A DNA stretch of 64,000 nucleotides from Lepidodermella squamata. Taxonomy: Eukaryota > Animalia > Gastrotricha. Below, one piece after another: positions 10,253 through 23,158 of this stretch. Each line of letters starts with the position of its first letter. Within the stretch, counting starts at the first letter, position 1. The stretch is from contig JBLDXI010000021.1 of the NCBI GenBank assembly GCA_047495785.1, positions 62,001 through 126,000 on the forward strand. The letters run 5' to 3'. The translations under genes and the position numbers were made by a program. The notes below the pieces were generated by a model, which was not told the DNA's origin, ran no database searches, and was given only the letters and a program-made list of their open reading frames with translations.

Positions 10253-13200
10253 TCATTCAACGCCGCTGTTCGACTGCGAGTTCTCAGTCACATCAATGGC
10301 CATAATTTCGAGCGTAGTTGCCGGCATGTCCACCGCCGGGTCGCAAATGATCGCCGCAACGGCCGATTCCGCCTCCTCATCGTCCATCTCATCGTTATTA
10401 TTTTTCGCCGCCTCGCTGTCGACGTCAACCTTGTGCACGTTACGCTTGTGCCGCTTCAGCCGGTACATGTTCGCAAACGTCGACGTACACAAATCGCAGC
10501 CGTATTTGTTCGGCTTCGGAGAGCTGGACCGCGGCCGGGATGACTTTTTAGCCGACGATGATTTTTTCGACGAATTCGGCGGCGCTTTTTCGGCGAGACG
10601 GGTGACGGGCCCGGGCGCTGCCTCGGCGCCCTGCTGTTGGCTCGCAGCTGCAGCAGCTGCGGCGGCGGCAGCAGCGATTGCTCCCGGTTTTCGGTGGCAC
10701 TTTTGGTTGTGTTTTCGGACGCCCGATTTCGAATGAAATGGCCGGTTGCAGACGCCGCATTTGAACGGCAGGTCCTCGCGGCCGTGGCCTGACAGGCGTT
10801 GGTGGTGGAGTAGCGACTCGGGTGTCTGGTAGCCCTTGTTGCAGATCGAACACACGTGATCAAGCGACCCGGCTGAGCTGACTCGCTTCGGACTAGGACT
10901 TTTATTTTTGCTGGATTGAGGAAGTAAAGAAAAGATTGAGATTAGATTTGAGAATAGAACTTCCCGAAAATGGCACCCTCCTCGGGAAATAAGGAAGGAG
11001 ACCCAGGAGCCCCATTAAATTCCCCAAAATTGACATCCAGCACTAACTTAAAACCAAATAAATTTGATCTTTTCGATTTTTCTCAATATCCTCGATCCTC
11101 GATTCATATTATCTAACCTAAATAATCGCTCGATGAGGAGTTACCCCCTCGCCGTTTGCCAAACCAGCAAAAATATTTCAGTAATTTTTCCTAGATAAAT
11201 TCTGAGGATATTTCCAAATAAAATCGGAGGCAGATGAGTTGTATACTCATTCGATAAGAATCCTCCTGTAACCGGAACCTAATTTTCTGCAGCGGAACCA
11301 AATTTCGGAATATTTATTGGGCCTGAAACCACTTTTCAGAACTTTTCAGAGCATCGAAATTCTAAATAAATTATTTTTAAATTCAGCATTAAATTCAATG
11401 AAAGATTCAGCATTAAGACCCAGTTCATTTTATGGATCATAGATAGTCACGAATTCTCAGAATTATCAGAAAATCAACATTTGGAACATTTCGAATTAGG
11501 TTCCGCTCACCTTAAATTTGGTTACTATTTGGCTATTGGTTTTTTGGCAAAAATATATTCTAATTCGGTTAGTGATGGTAGTTTCCGTTTCGTCCGAGTT
11601 TTGTTTTGTTCCATTAAATGCAAATTATAATTCGAAATGTAATTTGCAAATCGAAAGCGATAAGCAGTTTCAAGTACTGAGACCGCTCAACCGAGCACCC
11701 AGAAACTTTGCCAGAAATTGGAGAAATTCAGGGTTCTAGGTTCAGGTGACAAAAAAATCGAAATCCATTATCATTTCAAAAATTCAATGCTGGAATGTCA
11801 ATTTTAAGGCCAAACATTTATTAAGACCCAGTATCCACTTTTGCATTAATTGATTCATCAAGAGAGGTAGAGAAGTAGTGGGGAGAAAAATCTGCCATTT
11901 TTTAAGTTTTCGAGGAGGATGAGGAGGACACCCAATATGAGCACCCGTTCACCGTAACCACTCACCCTTTGAGAGGCCGCTTCGGCGAGGCATTCGGGTG
12001 ATTCTGCTTCAGATGCTGCTCGAGTTCGGCAGCAGAAAGGCACAAAACCATGCAGTGCTCACAGCTGAACACGGCGAAAGAATCAGCAGCAGCAGCTCGG
12101 TCAGGCGACGACGTTTCCGCGCCGACGCCACCATCGCGCGAATCGGCCGCCGAATCAGCGCCACCCGGCCCGATCGTGATTTCATTAGGTTCGCCCAACA
12201 CGTCAGAAATCAACGCCCGCTCCTCCTCCTCGTTCATCTCCATTAGTATGGACGCATTCGGCAGCGCTGGCACGAGCTCGGTCGAAGACAAGGCGCGAGG
12301 CGAGCCGAGATCAAGGCTCGTGTGAATCGACACGGGCAGGTCCTCGTCCTCGTCGAGATCATCGTCATCAGACCGAGTGTCCTCATTATTGTTATTATTA
12401 TTATTACTACTACTCCCCGCCGCGTCCTTGTCCGCCTTCTCAGCATTCGAATGCTCCGCTTTGCGGTGCTTTTTCAAAAAATACTTGTTCTTAAACACCT
12501 GCCCGCATAGCCGGCAGGGCGACTGCGGGTGCACGGTCCGTTTATGCTCGGCCAGGTTCGATTTCTCAATAAAACCCTTGTTACAAGTCCGGCAGACGAA
12601 CCGCCTCAACGGCTGGCCTTCGACTTCTTCATCCCGCTTCTGGTGCTCGGCAATCATAGTCTCAGTTAGCACGCCGAATTTATCCTCATGCTTCGTATCC
12701 AACATGTGAGACGCGAAATGAAACGCTCGAATGAACATGGCGTAGCAAGTGCCGCAGATAAACGCCTTTTGGTCAGCATGCGACTCCTTCACATGCTCGC
12801 AGAGATCTTCGCCGGTCTGGAAATGCAACCGACACCCCTCGATGATGCATACGTGCTTCTTGCGGCCTTTCGAAGCGGACGACGACGATTTTTCAACGAC
12901 GATTTCTTTCGGTTTCCGGCCGCGTTTCGCCTTAACCGGCGCCGGCTGTTGCGCTGCGGGCGGCGGATCAGCAACCACCTGTTGCTGCGGTTTCGCGTAC
13001 TCCGGAATCCAAGCACCGTTATCGATTTGTTCAGATTTCGCCTCTTGCAACTCGACGCCTTCCACCTTAACAATACGCCCTACTCGTTTGTTGTGCCGGT
13101 TAACGAGGGTGGCTGAGACGGGCGAGCGGGATGGCAGGTTGAACTGGTCGTCAGCAGCTAGGCCCCTCGGCGGTATTGCGACCAAATGCGCCAGGGCTGA

Positions 13201-15045
13201 TCTCGATAGCGCGAAACCGCCCTGGTAGCGATTCGCAGCCGATGGCGTGGTCGAGTTATTAACAGCAGTTAGCGAGGAATTGTGGTGATGGCTCGGGTCG
13301 TTGCTAGGCCGGAGGTTTTGCGATAGTTGCGGGCTCTGGTGCTGGTGTGGCAACTGCAGGCCCTGCGCCCGTAGCACCGTCGGGTTGTTCACGTGCGCCA
13401 TGTCCATGTGCCGCAGGTACACCTCCTGCGACGGGAATTCGATGTGGAATGGGCAACTGCGGCAGATGTACCGTTTCACGTCTTCATGTGGCGCCGAGTC
13501 GTTTTTGCTTGCATCGCCGGTTGTTGCTGATGACGATGAGACGGCTTCTTCTTCAACACGACTGCGTTTCGCCGTGGTTTCTACGACAGATACGCTGGGG
13601 TATCGCGGCGCTGGGAGGGCTGCTGTTGAGGAGGAAGTGGACGAGGAGGTAGACGCCGATTGCACTTGAGCAGGCCGGAAGGTGGAAGGAGCCGAGACAC
13701 GTCTGAAAAAATTGAAAAATCCAACTTAAAATAATCGAAGATATAGTTTTGCATTTAGTATATAACCCCCAAATTCAAACCAAATTTTAGACCTGAAATA
13801 TTCTTTCAAACTTTTGCACATATTTTTGCACCCCTCAGCATGCTGATCCGATTCTGTTCCTGAAGGCTCTTCTAGTCCGAGTTCTGCCTCGGCTGCTTAG
13901 CTCAAGTTCCTGTCTGAGTTCTGCCCTCTTGGCTCTTGTACAACTTAGTAACAATTGCCTCAGAGAGTTGCATCAGATCCAGGCGGAGGCGTTGCATTCA
14001 AATTTTCCCAATTTCGAACAGTTTGTCAGCATCTTCTCCCGGATGTCTCGAGTAATGAAGATCCTTATGACAATAGGTCGGTTCTCACTTCATAAGTATT
14101 TCGATGATATTACGGGCTCCTAGGGACTGGCTTCACATACTCAAGCCAGTTGAAGAGACTTCACCAGTCGGAGGTGAAACAGGGATTTCTTATGACGGGG
14201 TATACGATGATGAAGCGATGACCAATTTCTGGGAACGTTGGGCGCGAGGCTTTTATGGCTTGAGAGCATGGCGAGAGCGACTACGACGAAGCAGCCATGA
14301 GGGTTACAATTCCACCTTCGGACCAAATTCTGCATGCGAATTTATCGTCATCTTCGACATCAAATCATTCCGAATTGGAGAATCGACCTGAGGCTAAACG
14401 AGGTGTTTCACAGCCTGTTCCACGAAGAGCCGTGACGGTGAATATTGGACCTATCATCGCGCCATTATCAGACCTAGTCACTGGCTGGGTGAGTTCTAAC
14501 CGATTTAAAGTTGAACGAAAAATCCCAGGATTTTATCACTTAGCCATTCAGACCGAAAACGTACATAAAAACTAATCTGTCTGAAACTACAAAAACCGCG
14601 TCAATTGAAGCGTGCCGCTCTATGCCCTCACCAATGCTTCTTTGTAAAGAGCAAGAATATTATCAAATCAGCTTATTTCTGATGAACTTATTACCCTTTC
14701 CTTGATGTAATGCCCGAAGTCATTCTATTTCTATATTTCAAATTTGAGTTTCTAAACCAAAAGTTACAAAGACGTAATAGACATCTTCCCGTTTTCGCTT
14801 TTACCTAGCTACTTTTTACTATTTTCAAAGTTCAACATTTCTGAAATTTTTATATTGTATCCATATAAATTTCAAAACATCTTCAAGTTTTCGTTTGTGT
14901 TTGTTTTCGTTTTTCTTTTTGTAGAAATTAGGTAAAATAAAAAATAAAAATTAATCATCAGAAAAACATACGTTACGTTAGTGAGAATGCGGACATTGAC
15001 AGGTCGAAGTGGCGGCTGCCCACCGCCACCGGAATTGCCGATCAT
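10253..15045 (-). CDS. ZF1: multi-C2H2 zinc-finger protein (family member); exons 15045-14972, 13702-11966, 10910-10253
   Basis: Signature finger YICRSCPFHIEFPSQEVYLRHMDMAH, further C2H2 fingers, AT-hook-like KRGRKPK, poly-N and poly-A tracts; two in-frame phase-2 introns. Confidence 0.85.
13860..14100 (-). mobile_element. Decayed non-LTR retrotransposon (CR1/L2/L1-type) ORF1 remnant in ZF1 intron 1
   Basis: Minus-strand translation 'SENRPIVIRIFITRDIREKMLTNCSKLGK...WI*...RAKRAELRQEL' resembles the RPI(I/V)VRF...R..IL....KL...I..DL....R..R..L..EL pattern of LINE ORF1; contains an in-frame stop. Confidence 0.5.
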
Positions 15046-15297
15046 GTTCCAGGCAAGGCACAAAAATAAATATAAAATAATTCAAATCTGCATCTAAAAC
15101 AACAAGAAAAATTACTCATACACTTTGAATAAAAAATGCAATATTATTACGACGTAATCATCCTTTTAGCGCATGATTAAATGAACCCCATAGTTAACCA
15201 TCAACAACTATGAAACGGTCTTGAAAAACGCATGGGAAAGCATAATTTTTCTCATCAGTGTGAGACGGAAAGAAATCATTGAAGAAAGAATTTGCGC

Positions 15298-18188
15298 TCA
15301 ATAAAGATAAAGTGGAGGCGGCCCATCGTCCGCATTCTCCACAGGCAGAGGCGCACTTTCGAGCGCCTCCTCGGCTACAGGCTGCTCCGACGCCTCAACG
15401 GCCATCTCACCAGGTGATTCAGTAGTGTCCTCCGGATCCTGTACAGTTCGATCATTGCCATTGTTACTGACATCTTCATTACTTTTAGGCAGATTTTTCG
15501 ATTTAACAACGTCAGGATGCGTAGCGAGCAAATGAGATTTTAAGGCGGCTCGATCGCCGCAAACCTCGCCACAGTGCCAACAATTGTTGCGTAGTTTCGC
15601 ATGGTACAAACCCAAATGTGAATTCAGCGTCCGTTGCTCATGAAAAATATCGCCGCAAAAGCCGCATTTATGCGTCATTTCACCCGGCCGGCACCGGCCA
15701 GCTTTCACATGGGTTCGAAAACCCGTTTGATAGGTAAACGCTTTCAAGCACCTGACGAAAAAAATGCAAAAAATTAACCGAAAAAACAACGGAAAAATAG
15801 GACAAACTTGTTGCATTTGTACCGTTTCCGGCCCGCGTGTCGATCCAAGTGTTCCTTCAATTGTAGCCTTGTGTTCAAAATTCGGTTGCAGATGTGGCAA
15901 GTATAATCGCCACGCGCATTTGTCAGTTCCGCCGGTTCGTCCTTAAACGCCGTCACGACATATCGAGGTTTATTTTCAGAGTCTGGTTTTGATTTTGCTA
16001 CATTTTCATTTTTTCTAGAAATATAAAACATTTAATGCGATTATATAAGGAAGATTTTTCGACAAACTTTTTTCGATCCCCTTCGCCGAGATGAAACGCT
16101 TTAACGTGGGATACTAGACTTTTCGACCTGTCAAACGAGGCATGGCAAAACTGGCATTTAATCGGCAGTTCGCCCTTCTTGCCATGACTCATCGACTTGT
16201 GCTTTATCAGCGAGTTGCTATTCGAGAAGGACATTGAGCACAGGGCGCACTTGAACGGCCGAACTTCAACGTGCGAGAATTCGTGCGCGCGAACTGTTTT
16301 TTGATGCGCGAAAAGCTGCCCGCAAATTCGGCACGCATATTTACGCCCCTCTTCACCGCCCATATTGACAACAAGCGGCGCCCAAGAATTCACGTCGAAA
16401 CTTCCGTCAGATGACGTGCCAGGATTTGACTCGCCCATCTTATCCCGATGGGCGGTTTGTTTATGGTGGAGAAGTGTTAACGTAAAACCGAAAGACAAGT
16501 CGCAAAAATCGCATTTATATTTCGTCAAATTATCAAAATCGATTGGCTCAGCAGTGTTGGCAGTTTGCTTCGCGGCCAAGCTTGAACACGTCTTTTTCTG
16601 GTGTAAATTGAACCCACTCAGCGTTGTGAACATCGTCGCGCAAAGCGGGCAGCAAAACAGGTCGTTATTATGAGCTTTTTCGATATGTTGCTGCAGAATC
16701 GGGATGGATGAGAATCGTATATCATCACATCCGTCGACTATGCAACGTAAATTATGGCTAGAGTCCATGTGGCTCGACAGTTCTGGCTCGCTTGAAAACG
16801 CTGATTTGCAGTATTTACACAGCAGATAGCAGTCGAGGTGTTTCATCAGCGATTGATGCAATTGAAGGCCGCGTTGAGATTGGAAGGTCGCTTTGCATTT
16901 GTCGCAAGTGAATATCGTTGAAGAATCATCAGTCGAAGGCTTATTGTTATTGCTAGCATTCGAAGACCGCGGCGTGGTTTTATTAGGAAGAGCTATGCCT
17001 GATGTTTGTACAACACTCGGATTTAGCAAATGAGCAAGGTCCATGTGGCGTAGATACACGGCTTCATTCGGGAATTCGACGCGGAATGGGCAGCTTTCGC
17101 ATATCCACTTCTTCTCCGGCTTCACGTTGATTTCAGATGGAGTCATGCGTGGATGGTGAGCTTCGAATCGCGATTTTTTCGACGACTCAACATTTTCGCT
17201 TGGATATTTCGGCGTGACTGACTGAGATTTACGCTGGCCGTCAATTCTCATCGCAGCTGCCTCGTCGTTATTTGATTCCTCATTATTACTAGAGAGAATT
17301 AGAGAAAAACAATTATTATTTTACAAATTTCAAGACGGATCTCTAAAAATATAACAAAACTAATGTGAACGGATCAAAAAGGCCAATTTGACGGAAATCT
17401 TAATCGACTATGAATGTTATCAACTAAAATATTAATCCGGAAGAGTTTGATGAAACCAGGAAAAATACCGAAAATTACCCAACCAATTACCATCGGGTTT
17501 TTCTTCATTTTCCCGTGTAATTATAACTTTTTCACACAATTTCAAATTTCAAAAATCTTAAATCTCCTTGAAAGCTTGAGCAACTAAAACATTTCAACAA
17601 ATTTTTTAAGGCGAACTTACCAGCAACAAGAGCAATTAACGTGATCGTGAGCTTCAGCGGGTTCCGCCTTGATAAAGACGGCTTCTGAAGGCTGGGAAAA
17701 TCCAGTTGGGGACCGCATTTGAGGTGGATTTGTTGTGGTCAAGCGCTGAAGCACCGGCATAGTAGCAATATCATCATCGAATGGCGCCTGGATCTGAGTT
17801 TCACGATTTGCAACAGTTTCTTCGCTCGATTTTTCAGATTCTTGTCTATCCTGGCTATCAGAGTCACCCGAACCTTCAGCATTACTGCAAATAAATTAAA
17901 ATTGAAAATTGAAAAATTGAAAAGTTCGAAATTAAAAATATACCGTTCTAGAAAAGCATCGACATCATCGCAAGAAACCAGTGTGTTAGTTCGAATAGAT
18001 CTCGGCAAAATGCCTTGCTCTTGCATTTGCACTCGCTGATTCGTTGAAAGAGCAAAGTAAGTAGTATTGCTGCCGAACATTTCACGCAAACTTTTGTGGC
18101 CATGAGTTTTGAAGGCCTTGATAAGGCACGACTCCGGGTACCATTCGCGCCCGTTAATCGGGACGCGTACGACGCCAACAAGCGGCAT
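15298..18188 (-). CDS. ZF2: winged-helix-like N-terminal domain + multi-C2H2 protein; exons ~18188-17944, 17884-17621, 17288-16068, 16014-15808, 15751-15298
   Basis: Exon 1 is homologous to the exon at 41680-41930; 'FIKAEP'; signature WICESCPFRVEFPNEAVYLRHMDLAH; more than 10 fingers; four phase-2 introns. Confidence 0.85.
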
Positions 18189-18354
18189 CGAATCTCACAA
18201 ATGCATCAAAAAAATTCAAATTTATACAAATTTCTAAACGAAAAAATAATAGGTAATAATCAAAATCGAAGGTCTCAGTTGAGCTTAGAAACATATGATT
18301 TTGTATTAAATTAGAAAATCAACAAAAGTAAAAACCGGATAGAAAATTGAGCAA

Positions 18355-20491
18355 TCAACTTGAGCAGGAAAGGGACGGTTTTTTCGTTCGTTTAGTTTTA
18401 GCTACATTCACCCGAAGTTCTTTCAACGGGACATCATCATCGTCATCACTTTCGAAATGATGTTTCGATTCGACATGGCAAGTCAACGACCGTTCAAACC
18501 AGAAACTTTTACCGCAAAACGAGCATGCATAAGATTTCGTGTCGTGCTTTACAGATAAATGAAGCTCAAGATCTTCGTAATTTTCAAAAATATTCGAGCA
18601 AGTTTTACACGCGTAAGTCATTTGATCAGGTGAAAGACCGTGGATGAGAGTTTTGTGGAGAGTCAAAGCAGCAAACGTTTTGAATTTTCCACCACAGTTT
18701 GAGCAGTCTATCGTAGATTTCCGACAAGTTTTAAAATTGACCAATCCTCCTTCAATAACAATTTCACATTCCGCCAGTTGGCACAGTTTCCCAGTGATAT
18801 CACACTTAGCTATATGACCGTCATATTCTTCAAGGCTCAAAGACATGTCAAAACATTTCGAGCAGACAAAAGCCGAGTTGTTGTGATAGGAGGCAACGTG
18901 ATTTTTCAAATGTGAGCCAGATCTCAAAATAGCACTACAACCTTTGAATAAACACTGTTTCTCGCATTTTCGACGATTTTCAACGTCATGAGCGTCAGAT
19001 AAGTGTTCATTTAAGGCGGTTGGGGTTAGAAAACAGGCATCATTCGGGCACAAATTGCAATGATAAGTCGAATAGACATGGCCAGTTTTGTTACGATGGC
19101 CATCTAACAGTTCAATTTTGTCAAATTTAACCCAACAGATTTGGCAAGTGAGCAAATCAAACGCAGAATTATCGCACGTTTTTCCATCAAGATGCGCCTT
19201 AAGATCGAAGATATTTGCAAACATGGCGGCGCAAAATGAACAGATAAACGCGTCTTTCCCATGCCAATGATCGACGTGACTTCGAAATGCAGCTTTACCG
19301 CGATAGACAGCTCGACATCCATCGACAATACACTCGAAAACTGACCCTTTTGAGCCGGATTTACCCGACATTTTAGGATGGACTTTTTCAATGTGGGAGT
19401 TCAGATTATTTCGGCTCAACGAAATGACGCCGCAATGATGGCAAACGAAGCTAGCATACACATGTTTCTCCTGTAGCTGATGGCTGTGAAGGTCAGCGAA
19501 AGTTTTGAACGTTTTCAAGCAAATTTTACACGTCAAAAAATCGCAGTTGGGAGATTCTGGCCGTTTTTCAACGAGACATTTCTCGCCGTGTTTTGATAAA
19601 TCCGAATACAACTGAAATTGGCAGAAACACTTTCGGCAGATGAAAATTGAGTTCTGATGCCACTCATAGACGTGGCGGACCAATTTTGGCCCTGCCTGGA
19701 AAATCGAATCACAACCCTTCGCCAAACAAATCAATTTAGGGTCATCCGTAATTGCGGCAATTCGATGATCCTTAGCTACATGGCGACTAAGATCTTCATC
19801 TTTCAACGCGAAATATAGGCATTTATCAACTGGGCAGTGGAGCGACGAATAGATATGGCCTTTATCAACACGATGGGCCTGAAAATTCTCGAAATTCTCG
19901 AATCTCTTAATGTACTTATTTGGGAACTTATTGCAGATTCGGCAATAAATGACGGCATTTGTTGAAACACTAGGGGGAGCACTGGAAACCTGACGATGAG
20001 CGATATTTATATGCCTCAAATAGATTTCCTGGCTCGGAAATTCGACTGGAAAGGGACAAGAAGAGCAGGTGAATCGCTGCTCTGTTCTTGTTACTTGCGG
20101 CTCGTCAAAAACCTCAGGGAGTGGCGTTTCACAATCGCAACTGCACTCCTCCTTGATATAGAAATCGACGGATGAGCGGCATCTCAATTCAGTGGAATAA
20201 TCGACAGGTTCAGCTTTTACAAAATTGCAACTGAAAATTCGAAAAGCTTAATTTGTGGGTGAACTTTTAGCGCTAAAACTAACCTGGAATTCGAAAGACT
20301 GCTAGAACTTCGGTCATTCAGGCTCGAAGCTGGGCGACCACCAACGGGGACGAAAACTATCTTTCCTGGTTTAGCTACGTTTGGCTGGTCTCTAAATATG
20401 AATTGTAAAATGATGAATAAATTCAAATAATTCAAATTGTATACCTGACAAGACGAAATTTGTTGGATACACTCAGCACGTTTCGAGCCAT
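18355..20491 (-). CDS. ZF3: family zinc-finger protein with three four-finger blocks
   Basis: ATG 20491; micro-exon 'GKIVFVPVGGRP' then 'VKAEPVD...IKEECSC'; signature FTCSSCPFPVEFPSQEIYLRHINIAH; ORF 18355-20187. Confidence 0.88.
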
Positions 20492-20936
20492 TTTTCCAAA
20501 ATTTCCCACGAAAAATATTCCAGTCAGTTAATAATCCATTACCGATGATATGATCGTTAATAAAATAATTTACGATAAGATCTATAAGGTTTCACAAGTA
20601 GAAGTTAGAGTAACAAAGACTTGAAATATTTCAATTCAGAGTTGGGCATTTTCAAACCCAATAAAATTGAGGAGCGCGTCGGTTAACCCCAAAAATTCGA
20701 TTTTCAGATTTTTTATTGCAATTTTCGTTTGCGCAAATAGCGTAGACCCAAGCAATATTTTGAAAATTTGTGACTTGACCGTGGAATTTAGAGTTCCGGT
20801 TATAAAAATGGCAAAAATTGATATCAAAACTAGTTATCAAATCGAGATAAAATAGCCAAAACAAATTTGAATTTATTAAAAGTGAAAAACTGAGATGTAG
20901 ATAAATCAACCAATATTAACAAGACTTGTTTCTCTC

Positions 20937-23000
20937 CTATGATGGTCTTCTTTGTTTCTTCACTTCCGGTTGAGTCGACGATTCAACAGAGTTTTGACGC
21001 AAAATTGTCGAACGACGCCGTTGCCTATTCGTTTCCAACTTAGACAAGGATGCTAAACAATAGCCAACATCGTCACCGGCCACCTTATCGCAATCAGCGA
21101 GGTGATTTTCGAAATTTTCAAGAGAGAAAAGAAAAGCCAAACACTTGGGACACAAAAATGCCGAATCTTTGTGGTAATTTTCCACGTGACGAATTAAATG
21201 CTTCTTCGAATATAGTACCGCAGAACAACCTGGTACATCGCAATTGAACTGAATGGCCCCAAGGCCGAACCCATGGACCTCCTGGAAATGGCGTGCCAGG
21301 CCGTCAGAAGTCAAGAAATTAACGTCATCGAGGCAGATATCGCAATGATGTGTGGAGTATGCGTGGAGTGTCACTTGACGATGTAGATCCAACTCGGCGA
21401 AATTGGCGCATTCTTCACCACAAATTTGGCAGTTGAGACAATTCAAGTTTTCGCGACTCTTAGAACAAGTCGAGTCGATATGAACGCACAATTCGTCGAT
21501 GTTAAAATACATTTTACAGCAGCTCAAACACGCGAACGCCTCGTTCAAATGCCACTGATCAACATGGGCCAAATACGCGAATTTGTCGCGATAGGTCGAA
21601 AAACAGCCATCGACAGAGCAACGAATATGAGCAGAATGTGCCTCATGAACATCCGAATGGTCCTTTTTAACGTGCTCAAAAAAGTTCGGAGGATATGGGA
21701 AGTTGAGCTCGCAATAACTGCAAACATTGTTGCGGAACCAGTGACGCGAATTTCTCACGTGGGCGCCCAAGTCTTTGAACGTTTTGTACGAAATCTCGCA
21801 GATTTTGCATGCGCGTAAATTTGTCGATACCGGGTCGAAAATTCGATCGTTTTTACAAGAGTTCTTGTGGTTATTCAACGCATTCCTTGTTTTGAATTGT
21901 TCGCAACAGTTTCGGCACGGAAATATGGTGCCTGCATGCCATTTTCGCGCGTGAATAATCAGCGATTGCCGCCTTGAAAACACCGAATCGCAGTTTCTAA
22001 CCGCACATTTGAAACGCTGCATGTCAATAGTAGATATTTCCTTGTGATTTTGCTTGATATGCAGAGTCAAGGCGAAATCAGCCGCTGCGATGAAGTTACA
22101 GCCATACACCGGGCAGTAGTGTGAAGCGTAAAAGTGCTGACTTCTCACGCGATGGCTGCGCAAACTGGGAAAATCCGGGAACTCAGCGTCACAAGTTCGA
22201 CAGAAAAACTCAACTTTTCTAGGTTGGAGCGACGTTTCGGCAGGTTGATTCTGATGAGCAATTTCTTGGTGTCTTGTGTAAGCTAATTGGCTACGAAAAG
22301 CGACGGGAAAAGGGCACGATAAGCAGACGAAATCAGGCAAAATTTCAAAGTTTGATGGAACATCACTCGAATGCGAGTTTACAGTAATAGCCTCCGTTTC
22401 CGAATTTCGTGTAAATAATTCCGGGACTGGAGGAGGTGACGTGGCGCTGGAAAGTGGATGAGCCGTGTCCAAGTGGCGAGTGTAAATTTCGCGGGTGGGG
22501 AAAGACAGCGGGAACGGGCAAGATCGGCAAATAAATTCCTCTGCACCCTGCAAAATTTGCGGGTCGTCGTCAACACGAGGCGGTTCTACCAGGATACAGT
22601 CCCTGTTATTGGAGCATGTGCACTCGGGTTTCACAGACAAATCACGATTCGAGGAGCTACGATGAAAAAATGAAATTTGCAAATAAATACAGATTCAAAG
22701 TATTTTTTCTTACCAATTTTGATCGATTGGAGGAGGGTCGATTATCTCGACTGGCTCAGATTTCGTATTGCTCAGCCTTAACATTGGAATTGGAGTAATT
22801 TCCGGGGAAAAATAATTAAAAACCCACTGGCTCCGAAATTGAGCAGCACTTGGAGCTTGAAGTCCGCTAAGAGGGACAAGACGAATCCTGCTCGTCCCCG
22901 ACTGAAACGAGATGCTGAATTTAAGTTAGATTACAATAAGACAGGAGGAAATAAAGTACCTTGGTCTAATCGAAGGAATACTCGAATGGTTCCTGGCCAT
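20937..23000 (-). CDS. ZF4: family zinc-finger protein with a duplicated signature finger
   Basis: ATG 23000; micro-exons 'RIRLVPLSG', 'TKSEPVEIID', then 'VKPECTC'; two CPF fingers; three four-finger blocks. Confidence 0.85.
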
Positions 23001-23158
23001 TTTTCGCCGTTTCAAGGAAAATAACGCATTTATACCGGTAGGATGAATGGTGGCAGGTCCCTCGATTTAATATTAAACATCTAAATTAAAAAAATAGTTG
23101 TTAAAATGGAAATAAATATAATTTCACTCCCAAATTGATTCAATTTTCACAAAAGAAA

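Noticed and set aside
10296-13669. Numerous plus-strand ORFs antisense to ZF1 (and similar ones opposite other genes)
   Set aside because: Shadow ORFs of GC-richer coding sequence; no recognisable domains or splice support
14104-14575. Plus-strand ORFs within ZF1 intron 1
   Set aside because: No domain signature; likely part of the decayed retroelement region
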